Below are positions 1-8,072 of a stretch of 32,000 bases of DNA, one piece after another. Position 1 is the first letter of the stretch; each line of letters opens with the position of its first letter. Below the pieces are notes generated by a model, which did not search any database, was not told the origin of the DNA, and was given only the letters and a program-made list of their open reading frames with translations. Source of the stretch: Thermosulfurimonas dismutans. GTDB taxonomy: Bacteria > Desulfobacterota > Thermodesulfobacteria > Thermodesulfobacteriales > Thermodesulfobacteriaceae. The translations under genes and the position numbers were made by a program. The DNA lies in assembly GCF_001652585.1 (NCBI RefSeq), contig NZ_LWLG01000018.1, positions 11,478-43,477 of the forward strand, given 5' to 3'.

Positions 1-1
1 A

Positions 2-214
<213 letters not shown>

Positions 215-216
215 AG

Positions 217-258
217 GGAAAGAGCGGCCCATATCGGGCCGCTCTTTCCTTATTCTTT
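217..258. terminator. Intrinsic terminator hairpin between convergent rpoC and dus (possibly bidirectional)
   Basis: Perfect 14-bp stem GGAAAGAGCGGCCC (217-230) / GGGCCGCTCTTTCC (236-249) with a 5-nt loop ATATC, followed by T-rich TTATTCTTT. It starts 3 nt after the rpoC stop. Confidence 0.85.
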
Positions 259-281
259 GAAGACCGAAGGCCAAAAGTTAA

Positions 282-1217
282 TTATTCCGCTGCCTCCTTA
301 AGCTTTTCGAGCCTTTTTATGAGGGTATGACAATCTGGGGCGGTAAGTAAAGGGGGAAGGAAACGTTTCCTGTTAGGCAGGCCTTTGAAGAGCTGGGCGA
401 GCAGGGCCTTTATCTTCTTACAGGCCGTTTCCTTCCGAAAGACTTCAAACATGAGAGTGAGAAGCTCCAGGGCAAAATTAACCCTTTCGATGAGTCCGAT
501 GGCGAGCGCTTTCCTCGCCCGGTACTCCTGGAAGATCCAGGGGTTTTTGAGGGCCGCCCGGCCCACCATGACGGCCCGTACTCCGGTTTCGCAAAACATG
601 CGTTCAATGTCCCGCCAATTTCCGATGTCTCCGTTTCCGATCACGAAGATATTCTCACCGACAAGCCTTGCTAAGTCTCGGATGCGTTCCCAGCGGGCTT
701 GGCCGGAAAAGCCTTCCACCGCAAGCCTGGGGTGAAGGACGAGGGTCGAAACTCCGGCCCGCACCAGTCTTTCGGTAATCTCTTCCAGACGGTCTCGACC
801 CCAGCCCAGACGAAACTTGGCCGAGACCGGTATTCCGTAGGCCTTTCCAGCAGCGACCAAGGCCTCGGCACAGGCCTCCATGCGCGAGAGATCTTTAAGC
901 AACCCGGCTCCGGCTCCCCGCGAGGCCACCTTCTTTACGGAACAGCCCAGATTGAGGTCGAGTCCGTCGGGTTTCAGGGTCCGGGCTACGATCAAGCCTG
1001 CCTGATAGATCTTTTCGGGATCGTTTCCGAAAAGCTGGATTGTGATCGGTCTTTCCTCGGCAGTGAAGAAGAGTAGGGGCTCTCCAAGCCCCTTTTTCAG
1101 GATCATGTCGGCACTTATAAGCTCGGTCCAGGTACGGTCGGCCCCTAACCTTCTTGCAAGGCGTCTGAAAGGTGAGTGGGTAAAGCCCGCCAGAGGAGCT
1201 AAGATGACCTCGCCCAC
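282..1217 (-). CDS. dus: tRNA-dihydrouridine synthase (Dus family)
   Basis: N-terminus LAPLAGFTHSPFRRL and NLGCSVKKV (the Dus NxGCP-type catalytic Cys region) in a TIM-barrel flavoenzyme pattern. The GTG start shares 1 nt with the tyrS stop (TAGTG). Confidence 0.88.
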   Translation of the reverse strand: MGEVILAPLAGFTHSPFRRLARRLGADRTWTELISADMILKKGLGEPLLFFTAEERPITIQLFGNDPEKIYQAGLIVARTLKPDGLDLNLGCSVKKVASRGAGAGLLKDLSRMEACAEALVAAGKAYGIPVSAKFRLGWGRDRLEEITERLVRAGVSTLVLHPRLAVEGFSGQARWERIRDLARLVGENIFVIGNGDIGNWRDIERMFCETGVRAVMVGRAALKNPWIFQEYRARKALAIGLIERVNFALELLTLMFEVFRKETACKKIKALLAQLFKGLPNRKRFLPPLLTAPDCHTLIKRLEKLKEAAE

Positions 1218-2431
1218 TACTTCACTTTTACTTTGAAAAACCGCTTTTTCCCGATGCGGAAGTAGTATTCTCCAGGACGAAATTCGAAATTTTCGTCTCT
1301 AAGGGCCTCTCCGTCCATCAATTTAACGGCTCCTTGGGTGATGAGGCGTTTGGCCTCCGAGGTGCTTTTGGTAAAGCCCTTTTCTTTGAGGAGTTGTGGA
1401 AGCCAGATTACCCCCGGTGAGACCTCTACCTCCGGAATATCTTTTGGGATCTCCTTTCGGGCAAAGACTCGTTCAAACTCCTCGGCGGCCTCGCGGGCTG
1501 CGGCCTCGGAATGGAATTGGGCCACGATGAGCATGGCCAGGCGCTTTTTGACTTCCTTGGGATGTTCCCGTCCTTCCGCTACGGCCTGCTTTAGTCTTTC
1601 CACTTCGTCAAGGGGAATGTCGGTCAAAAGCTCGTAGTATCGCCACATGAGATCATCCGAAATGGACATGAGTTTTCCGAACATCTCCTGTGGGGGTTCC
1701 ATGATGCCCACGTAGTTTCCGAGACTCTTGCTCATCTTCTGGACACCGTCTAGGCCCTCCAGGATGGGCACGGTGATGATGACCTGCGGCTCCTGTCCGT
1801 ATTCGCGCTGAATCTCACGGCCCACCAGGAGATTGAAGAGCTGGTCTGTTCCTCCGAGCTCCACGTCGGCTTTCAAGGCCACAGAATCGTAAGCCTGGAT
1901 GAGGGGATAGATCAATTCATGAATGGCGATGGGGCGGTGGGTCTCGAAGCGTTTTTTGAAGTCGTCCCTCTCAAGCATGCGGGCTACGGTGTATTTGGCA
2001 CAGAGACGGATGAAGTCCTCGGCGGTCAATTTGCTCATCCATTCGCTGTTGAAGACCACCTTGGTCCTTTCGGGATCAAGGATCTTGAAGACCTGTTCGG
2101 CATAGGTTTTGGCGTTTTCCTCCACCTGTTCCCGGGTGAGCGGCGGCCGAGTTTCAGATCGGCCAGAGGGGTCTCCGATCCTGGCTGTGAAATCGCCGAT
2201 CAGGAAATAGACCTCGTGGCCCAGATCCTGAAAGTGTCGCATCTTCCTCAAAAGGACGGTGTGTCCCAAATGAAGATCCGGAGCCGTGGGATCGAAACCG
2301 GCCTTGATCCTTAAAGGAGTTCCGGTTTCCTGAGCTCGTTTGAGCTTTCCAAGAAGCTCCTTTTCCTCTACCATATCTACCGTGCCGCGTCTTAGATATT
2401 CCAGGGCCTCCTCAGGGCTCAGCTTTTTCAT
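1217..2431 (-). CDS. tyrS: Tyrosine--tRNA ligase
   Basis: Class I signatures HLGH (HIGH) and KMSKS are both present, with a C-terminal S4-like domain. GGAGG lies 9 nt upstream of the ATG. Confidence 0.95.
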   Translation of the reverse strand: MKKLSPEEALEYLRRGTVDMVEEKELLGKLKRAQETGTPLRIKAGFDPTAPDLHLGHTVLLRKMRHFQDLGHEVYFLIGDFTARIGDPSGRSETRPPLTREQVEENAKTYAEQVFKILDPERTKVVFNSEWMSKLTAEDFIRLCAKYTVARMLERDDFKKRFETHRPIAIHELIYPLIQAYDSVALKADVELGGTDQLFNLLVGREIQREYGQEPQVIITVPILEGLDGVQKMSKSLGNYVGIMEPPQEMFGKLMSISDDLMWRYYELLTDIPLDEVERLKQAVAEGREHPKEVKKRLAMLIVAQFHSEAAAREAAEEFERVFARKEIPKDIPEVEVSPGVIWLPQLLKEKGFTKSTSEAKRLITQGAVKLMDGEALRDENFEFRPGEYYFRIGKKRFFKVKVK

Positions 2432-2503
2432 GAGGTAAAGCCTCCTGACCCGAGATATTGCCGATTTCTTTAACTCCGTCTGAAGAAGTATTCAAGATGA
2501 GAA

Positions 2504-3523
2504 TTAACAGATTCGTGGTAATGGTTCTCCAGTAAGTACAGGAAGGATCCGTTCGCCTCCAATGGCAGTTTTGAGAATCACGAGCGGCCGGTCGGTTTGA
2601 TTCCGTACCTGGCCTATAAGGCGGGCTTCATGGCCTCCCGGAAGCTCTTTGAGGACTTGCAAGGCTTCTTCTCCCTTTCCGCGGGCCACCATCGCCACGA
2701 ATCTTCCCTCGCAGGCGAGATATAAAGGGTCAAGTCCCAGGATTTCGCAACCTCCGCGTACTTCCGCCCTCACCGGAATCTCGGATTCGAGAAGCTCTAT
2801 CTCTACCTTGGCCTCTTGGGCGAGCTCGTTTACCGTGGTAGCGAGTCCTCCCCGGGTGGGGTCCCTCAGGGCGTGAACCGCTGGGCCGAGGGCTTTGAGT
2901 AGAGCCTCCACCAGGGGCCATACCGGGGCGGAATCGCTTCGGAGGCCTTTTAAAGGAAGACTCTCCCTTGCGGAAAGTACTGCCAGACCGTGCTCTCCGA
3001 TGGGACCGGAGACCAAGATTTCGTCTCCAGGTTCGATCCTTCGCGGATGAGGATAAGGATCGGCAAGGATTTCTCCCATTCCGGTGGTGGTGATGAATAT
3101 GCGATCACCTTTGCCTTTGGGCACAACTTTGGTGTCTCCACAGACAATCTTCACTCCGATTTCCTCGGCGGCCCGGGCCATAGAGAGGACAATCCTTTTG
3201 AGATCAGCCAGTGGCAGGCCCTCTTCCAAAATGAAACCACAGGCGAGATAGAGGGGCCTGGCTCCCACCATGGCTAAATCGTTTACGGTGCCGTGGACCG
3301 CAAGGGATCCGAGGTCTCCTCCAGGAAAAAAAATGGGATCCACTACGAAGCTGTCGGTGGTAAAGGCCAGAGGCCCGGAGTGGGTTCCCAGAATCGCGGA
3401 GTCTAGAAAACCTTCTCCGGAAGCCTCAAAGGCGGAGTAAAAGATCTCCCTTATAAGCCTGTGGGTGGCCCGACCTCCGCTTCCGTGATCAAGGAGGATG
3501 TAATCCCTATCGCCAGACGCCAT
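2504..3523 (-). CDS. hypE: Hydrogenase expression/formation protein HypE (carbamoyl dehydratase)
   Basis: AIR-synthase-like fold (DHGSGG N-terminus) and the diagnostic extreme C-terminal PRIC motif. The start overlaps the upstream radical SAM gene by 17 nt. Confidence 0.92.
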   Translation of the reverse strand: MASGDRDYILLDHGSGGRATHRLIREIFYSAFEASGEGFLDSAILGTHSGPLAFTTDSFVVDPIFFPGGDLGSLAVHGTVNDLAMVGARPLYLACGFILEEGLPLADLKRIVLSMARAAEEIGVKIVCGDTKVVPKGKGDRIFITTTGMGEILADPYPHPRRIEPGDEILVSGPIGEHGLAVLSARESLPLKGLRSDSAPVWPLVEALLKALGPAVHALRDPTRGGLATTVNELAQEAKVEIELLESEIPVRAEVRGGCEILGLDPLYLACEGRFVAMVARGKGEEALQVLKELPGGHEARLIGQVRNQTDRPLVILKTAIGGERILPVLTGEPLPRIC

Positions 3524-4523
3524 CTATCTTCGCCCCACAGTCCGGACAGGTGCCTTCAGGCGTGATCTCGTTTTTGAGAATCCTGAAACCGTACCTCTCG
3601 ATGAGGAGTTTTTCACAGGACCAGCAGTAGGTATTTTCGCCCTTATCTCCGGGAACGTTTCCGGTGTATACATACTTTAGTCCCTCTTCCCGGCCGATGT
3701 AATAGGCCTTCTGAAGGATTTCCACCGGGGTGGGCGGCCTGGTTAGAAGCTTGTAAGTGGGATAGAAGCGGGTTACGTGCCAGGGGGTCCCAGGTCCGAG
3801 CTCTTCCCGGATGAAACGAGCCATCTCCCGTAGCTCCTCGGGATCATCATTTTCTCCAGGTATGATGAGGGTAGTGACCTCAAGCCAGACCCCCTGCCTT
3901 TTTAGATATTTCAAGGTCTCAAGCACGGGCTTCAGACGAGCCTTGCAGTGTCTATGGTAAAAGTCTTCGGTAAAGGCCTTAAGATCTATATTGGCTCCGT
4001 GGAGATGGGGATAGATAGTCTCTAAGGTCTCCGGTGTCATATAACCGTTTGAAACGAAGACGTTCTTTAATCCCCTTTCGCTCGCCAGCCGGGCGCAATC
4101 ATAGGCGAACTCAAAATAGATGGTAGGTTCGGTGTAGGTGTAAGAGATGGATTTGGAGCCGGAACTTAAGGCGGCCTCAACTACCTGCTCGGCAGAGAGG
4201 TCCTCTCCTGTGACATATCCGTAGTGGCGCGGAAATTGGGAGATTTCAAAATTCTGACAGAAGTCACACTGGAGATTGCAGCCTACAGTGGCTATGGAAT
4301 AACTCAAAGTTCCAGGAAGAAAATGAAAAAGAGGCTTCTTCTCAATAGGATCTACATGGTGGGCGATAACTTTGCCGTACGCTAGGCTATAAAGCACCCC
4401 CTCCTCGTTTTTCCTGACTCCGCAGATCCCCGTCTTCCCAGGAGGTATGCGGCAACGGTGTGAACAAAGATTACATTTAACATCCCGATTGTCTAGCTTT
4501 TCGTAAAGAAGGGCTTCTCGCAT
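3507..4523 (-). CDS. amrS: AmmeMemoRadiSam-system radical SAM enzyme (AmrS-like)
   Basis: N-terminal Cys-rich CNLCSHRCRIPPGKTGICGVR, a radical SAM CNLQCDFCQN (CX3CX2C) motif, and a C-terminal CPDCG zinc-ribbon-like tail. I chose the ATG at 4523 (MREALLYEKLD) because AAGAGG precedes it. The ORF-track start at 4709 would run across the divergent HIT gene start. Confidence 0.85.
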   Translation of the reverse strand: MREALLYEKLDNRDVKCNLCSHRCRIPPGKTGICGVRKNEEGVLYSLAYGKVIAHHVDPIEKKPLFHFLPGTLSYSIATVGCNLQCDFCQNFEISQFPRHYGYVTGEDLSAEQVVEAALSSGSKSISYTYTEPTIYFEFAYDCARLASERGLKNVFVSNGYMTPETLETIYPHLHGANIDLKAFTEDFYHRHCKARLKPVLETLKYLKRQGVWLEVTTLIIPGENDDPEELREMARFIREELGPGTPWHVTRFYPTYKLLTRPPTPVEILQKAYYIGREEGLKYVYTGNVPGDKGENTYCWSCEKLLIERYGFRILKNEITPEGTCPDCGAKIDGVWR

Positions 4524-4591
4524 TTTTGAGACCTCTTTTTCTTTTAAAATAGGCCCTATCAGGCCTTGAGGCAAGCAGTAAAATTTGGAAT

Positions 4592-4597
4592 TATAAT
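4592..4597 (+). promoter_or_regulatory. Candidate -10 box (perfect TATAAT) for the HIT gene, in the divergent amrS/HIT intergenic region
   Basis: TATAAT at 4592-4597, 42 nt upstream of the HIT ATG. It sits in the palindromic context ATTATAAT, so a -10-like hexamer also reads on the minus strand. No convincing -35. A 6-bp hairpin GACCAA-ATGG-TTGGTC follows at 4600-4615. Confidence 0.35.
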
Positions 4598-4638
4598 AAG
4601 ACCAAATGGTTGGTCTGAGAGGGAAAGGAGGTGTGCGA

Positions 4639-4998
4639 ATGGCGGATTGTATCTTCTGCAAGATCATTAAAGGCGAGATACCTTCCCAAAAGGTATATGA
4701 GGACGACAAAGTTTACGCCTTTCACGACATCAACCCGGTTGCTCCTACCCATATCTTGATTGTTCCTAAAAAACACCTGGCCGGAGTCTATGAGTTGGAG
4801 GAAGGGGACCGGGAGTTGATGGGCCACATCTTCTACGTAGCCCGGAAAATTGCCGAAGATCTAGGGTTCTCTCCGGCTCAAGATCCTACCCGCGGTTATC
4901 GTCTAGTGGTCAACTCCGGTTCTCAGGCCGGCCAGACGGTCTTTCATCTGCACGTACATCTTCTTGGTGGCCGGGAGATGACTTGGCCTCCGGGCTAG
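4639..4998 (+). CDS. Histidine triad (HIT) family nucleotide hydrolase, HinT-like
   Basis: HLHVHLLGG histidine-triad motif and the N-terminal CIFCKII motif. AAGGAGG (4625-4631) lies upstream of the ATG at 4639; the ORF-track start at 4606 has no SD. Confidence 0.9.
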   Translation: MADCIFCKIIKGEIPSQKVYEDDKVYAFHDINPVAPTHILIVPKKHLAGVYELEEGDRELMGHIFYVARKIAEDLGFSPAQDPTRGYRLVVNSGSQAGQTVFHLHVHLLGGREMTWPPG

Positions 4999-5866
4999 AT
5001 TTGTGTTCATAGGGTTCAAGGTGAACAACTACATCTACCACCCTTTCATACCGGGTGAGTAGGTAGTCCTTTACTCTTTCTGAGATATGGTGCCCTTCTC
5101 TTACGGTGAGTTCGGGCTCAACTTGAATATGTAAGTCCACCAACGTATGCCCTCCGTGCTTTCTAGTCCGAACCCGATGGACGTCCTTAACGCCTTTGAC
5201 TTTTAAGACTTCTCTCTTTATTTGACGTGCTTCTTCGATATCCATCCCATCGCAGAGTTCTTCTATTCCAGGACGAACAATTTGCCAGGAAGATTTGAGT
5301 ATCAGAAAGGATACGATTAGTGATCCTAGGGGATCACAAAAGGCCAGATGTGGAGATATAGAAGAAAGTCCAGCTCCTATGAGGGCGGGAAAAGAACTCA
5401 GGACGTCTGAACGGTGATGATAGGCGTTGGCTACCACCGCTGGAGAATGGGCTTTCACGCCTACTTTGAGGGTGATGCGGTATAAAAGTTCCTTTGAGAC
5501 GATGGAAAGGATCGGGGCAACGAGGACGAAGGGTTTCAAAGGCGTTAAAACCTTCAGATGTTTAAAGGTTACGAAGGCCTTTCCGATAAGGCCCAAGGCT
5601 GTAACTGTCAGGACCAAACCTATAGTTACTGAGATTAGAGTTTCAATGCGACGGTGCCCGTAAGGATGATCTTCATCTGGAGGATAACTGGCATATTTGA
5701 GCCCCAGAAGAGTTAAGAGGTCGGTAGCGAGATCTGATAGACTGTGGATGCCGTCCGCCAGAACGGCTTGACTTCGGCCCCAAAAACCTAAAAAGATCTT
5801 AAAGAGAGAAAGAAAGAGATTTACCGCGAGACTAAGGAGTGTGATGCGGTAGAGTTCTTTTGTCAT
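4910..5866 (-). CDS. Cation diffusion facilitator (CDF) family metal efflux transporter
   Basis: Six predicted TM helices with HSLSD and HHRSD metal-site motifs typical of CDF TM2/TM5, and a C-terminal cytoplasmic domain ending ...VVVHLEP. The ATG overlaps the upstream stop (ATGA). The last ~33 aa overlap the HIT gene on the opposite strand. Confidence 0.88.
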   Translation of the reverse strand: MTKELYRITLLSLAVNLFLSLFKIFLGFWGRSQAVLADGIHSLSDLATDLLTLLGLKYASYPPDEDHPYGHRRIETLISVTIGLVLTVTALGLIGKAFVTFKHLKVLTPLKPFVLVAPILSIVSKELLYRITLKVGVKAHSPAVVANAYHHRSDVLSSFPALIGAGLSSISPHLAFCDPLGSLIVSFLILKSSWQIVRPGIEELCDGMDIEEARQIKREVLKVKGVKDVHRVRTRKHGGHTLVDLHIQVEPELTVREGHHISERVKDYLLTRYERVVDVVVHLEPYEHKSSPEAKSSPGHQEDVRADERPSGRPENRS

Positions 5867-6609
5867 AGTAATGTTAGTTCCAGTTCAGGGCCATAGAGAC
5901 CGATTTCATCTTCTATGATACAAATAACCCCTAAAATGTTAGGCCATTTTTGAGCCTCTGAAAGGACCTTTTTGAGAGAACGTTTGCCTTTTACCAGGTT
6001 CCCTAGAGCGGTGGCGGCCGCGTCGGCCAAGGCCGCCTCTCGAGCTACTACGCAAACGGCCTCCGCTTTTCCCAAGCTAAGACTGTGGCCTAGCTTTCCC
6101 GAGGAGGTACAAACCCCACAAGGCATAAGTTCCTCCCGGAGGCGAAGTCCGATCTTCCCAGAAAGAGGAGAGTCTCCGGCATAAATGGCTACGGTGGCCG
6201 GACGCTTCAGGGCCAAAAAGATGTCCCCACCGTTTTCTACCGCCACTTGAGAGGAAAGGCCTTCCTCAAGGATTCGCCGGCCTACGGCCTCGGCGATGGC
6301 CCCGGCCACGGAGGCCATGGGACCCACTCCACAGGCCTTACCGGCCCAAAGCATACGTTTGGCTATTTCTGGAGCCTTAGGATCTTCTGGTAAAGGTTTG
6401 AGGCTTTTGAAGAACTCCGGGTGCTCAATAATGTAGGTCTCAAGCGGCTCTCTGATCTCCCGAACGAAGGTTAAGGTCTCCATAGTAAGATCCTTTTCGG
6501 CAAGCACGGCGATATCGGTTTCCTTGTAAACCACCCGGAAGGAAATCAGATCTTCACCGGGTTTGATCCAAGAGCGATAATGCCTTATCTCAGAGGTTTC
6601 GGCCGGCAC
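5863..6609 (-). CDS. UPF0280 family protein (ApbE-like fold)
   Basis: GVGPMASVAGAIAE and the central motifs resemble UPF0280/ApbE-superfamily proteins. The start is uncertain. GTG at 6609 (GAGGAAG 9 nt upstream, ~248 aa) is preferred. The ORF stays open to a TTG at 6690, which would overlap the upstream gene by 101 nt. Confidence 0.7.
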   Translation of the reverse strand: MPAETSEIRHYRSWIKPGEDLISFRVVYKETDIAVLAEKDLTMETLTFVREIREPLETYIIEHPEFFKSLKPLPEDPKAPEIAKRMLWAGKACGVGPMASVAGAIAEAVGRRILEEGLSSQVAVENGGDIFLALKRPATVAIYAGDSPLSGKIGLRLREELMPCGVCTSSGKLGHSLSLGKAEAVCVVAREAALADAAATALGNLVKGKRSLKKVLSEAQKWPNILGVICIIEDEIGLYGPELELTLL

Positions 6610-7153
6610 GTTTGCGGACTTCCTCGTAATAGTCTCCCCCGGAGGGGGGGTTAATGACCACCGCCGGGAAGTCTTCCACTTCAAGCTCAAAGAGGGCCTC
6701 GGGGCCGAGTTCTGGAAAGGCGATTACCCTGGCCGCTTGGATTCTTTCCGAGAGGTAGGCTCCGGCTCCACCGAAAGTGGCCAGATAAACGGCTCCGTAT
6801 TTCATAATAGCTTCCTTGACTTCAGGCCCCCGAGGCCCCTTGCCCATGGTGGCCGCCAGACCGAGTTCAAGGAGGCGTGGGGTGTAGGCGTCCATGCGAT
6901 AGGCTGTAGTGGGCCCGGCTGAACCGATCACCCTCCCCGGAGGGGCTGGAGTAGGGCCTACATAGTAGATGCACTGGTTTCGGAGGGAAACAGGCAAAGG
7001 TTCGTTATGCTCCAACATTTGAAGGAGCCTTCGATGAGTGGCGTCTCGAGCGGCCAGCACCCGTCCATAAATGGAAACTAAATCTCCGGGTTTCAAGCTT
7101 CTTAAAATTTTACGGTCTTTTAAGGGAAAAACTAATTTGGTTGACACTGTCAA
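6590..7153 (-). CDS. Fe-S-dependent hydro-lyase beta subunit (class I fumarate hydratase / L-tartrate dehydratase beta, FumA C-terminal/TtdB family)
   Basis: IYYVGPTPAPPGRVIGSAGPTTAYRMD and LATMGKG...YLATFGGAGA are typical of the swivelling beta-barrel subunit. AGGAGG lies just upstream; the start is TTG at 7153 or GTG at 7147. No alpha subunit gene is in the window. Confidence 0.85.
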   Translation of the reverse strand: MTVSTKLVFPLKDRKILRSLKPGDLVSIYGRVLAARDATHRRLLQMLEHNEPLPVSLRNQCIYYVGPTPAPPGRVIGSAGPTTAYRMDAYTPRLLELGLAATMGKGPRGPEVKEAIMKYGAVYLATFGGAGAYLSERIQAARVIAFPELGPEALFELEVEDFPAVVINPPSGGDYYEEVRKRAGRNL

Positions 7154-7166
7154 ATCCTCCTAAGCC

Positions 7167-7970
7167 TCAATCTTCATCCTCCAAAATGCTGCCTAAAATG
7201 CCGCCCACTCCGGCACCAATTGCTCCTACCCCTGCAACCTTGCGTAGCGGAGATTCGCTGGCCTCCCGTTCTCCTCCGGCCTGGAGTTGGCGGCGAAGTT
7301 TGGAAAGGGTCATGGTCTGGACGACCACCGTGCCCGGGCCGGTAAGGGTGGTGAGAAACAACCCTTCGCCACCGAAAAGGGCGGTTTTTATGCCACTCAC
7401 AAACTGGACATCGTAGCTTACGGATTCGTCCCAGGCCACCACGCAACCGGTGTCTACCTTTATAGTTTCCCCGGGTGCCAGTTCGAAGGTTACGAGATCG
7501 CCTCCGGCATGAATAAAAACTACTCCATCACCGTAAAGTTTCTCTACGATGAAACCCTCGCCACCAAAAAGAGCCCCACCGATCCGCTTCTGCAAAGCAA
7601 TTGAGAGTTCGATGTTACCAATGGCCGCCAGGAAGGCGTCCTTTTGGGCCAGGATGGCTTCGCCGGAAAGACCGATAGGGAGTATCCTTCCCGGGAAATC
7701 TCCGGCAAAGCCTACCTCCCCCATCCCTTCAAAGTAAGTGAGAAAGAGACTCTCTCCGGCAAGTATCCTCTTTCCGGCTTCCATAAGTTTTCCCAGAAAG
7801 CCTTTGTCTTTCTTACCACTTATACGGGTCTCCATCCGCACTGTTCCCCGCAGGTAAATCATTTTCCCCGCTTCGGAAAATACAGGGTGTTCTCCGGTTT
7901 TGACCTTTAACATTTCCAGATTGTCGCCCACGATTTCATAAACCTTGGTTTGCCGCTCAAGGATCTTCAT
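7167..7970 (-). CDS. AIM24 / TIGR00266 (DUF124) family protein
   Basis: Repeated beta-rich GE.L......G....GEG pattern and a Gly-rich C-terminal tail (GAIGAGVGGILGSIL) typical of the family. I chose the start at 7970 (MKILERQ) because GGAGGG directly precedes it; the ORF-track ATG at 7982 is part of that SD context. Confidence 0.8.
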   Translation of the reverse strand: MKILERQTKVYEIVGDNLEMLKVKTGEHPVFSEAGKMIYLRGTVRMETRISGKKDKGFLGKLMEAGKRILAGESLFLTYFEGMGEVGFAGDFPGRILPIGLSGEAILAQKDAFLAAIGNIELSIALQKRIGGALFGGEGFIVEKLYGDGVVFIHAGGDLVTFELAPGETIKVDTGCVVAWDESVSYDVQFVSGIKTALFGGEGLFLTTLTGPGTVVVQTMTLSKLRRQLQAGGEREASESPLRKVAGVGAIGAGVGGILGSILEDED

Positions 7971-7995
7971 AGAGCCCTCCATGTAAATTTACAGT

Positions 7996-8024
7996 TTGAT
8001 TATACCTTTGAATCCTGGTAATAA
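7996..8024 (+). promoter_or_regulatory. Candidate sigma70-type promoter of the MCP gene (TTGATT-17-TGgTAATAA, extended -10)
   Basis: TTGATT at 7996-8001, a 17-nt spacer, and TAATAA at 8019-8024 preceded by TG at 8016-8017. On the other strand a perfect TATAAT (plus-strand ATTATA, 7999-8004) could serve the divergent AIM24 operon. Confidence 0.45.
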
Positions 8025-8072
8025 TAACTAAATAACCTCTAACAGCCAATAAAATCTGTAGAGGGAGGTTAT

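Noticed and set aside
2432-2503. Possible T-box leader upstream of tyrS; also a Moco riboswitch upstream of moaA (18626)
   Set aside because: The tyrS upstream gap is only 72 nt, far too short for a T-box (>200 nt), and shows no specifier or antiterminator structure. moaA has no upstream intergenic space at all because its start overlaps the preceding gene.
3030-3039. GGTTCGATCC, resembling a tRNA T-loop
   Set aside because: The flanking bases cannot form a 5-bp T-stem or an acceptor stem, and the site is inside the hypE coding region. I found no tRNA or rRNA genes anywhere in the window.
4524-4709. 62-codon N-terminal extension of the radical SAM ORF (track start 4709)
   Set aside because: It would run through the divergent HIT promoter, SD and first 24 codons. 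Family similarity begins at MREALLYEKLD (ATG 4523), which has AAGAGG upstream. Similar track over-extensions were trimmed at 24697 (mqn radical SAM, TTG), 22397 (mqnA, TTG), 7982 (AIM24), 4606 (HIT) and 6690 (UPF0280, TTG).
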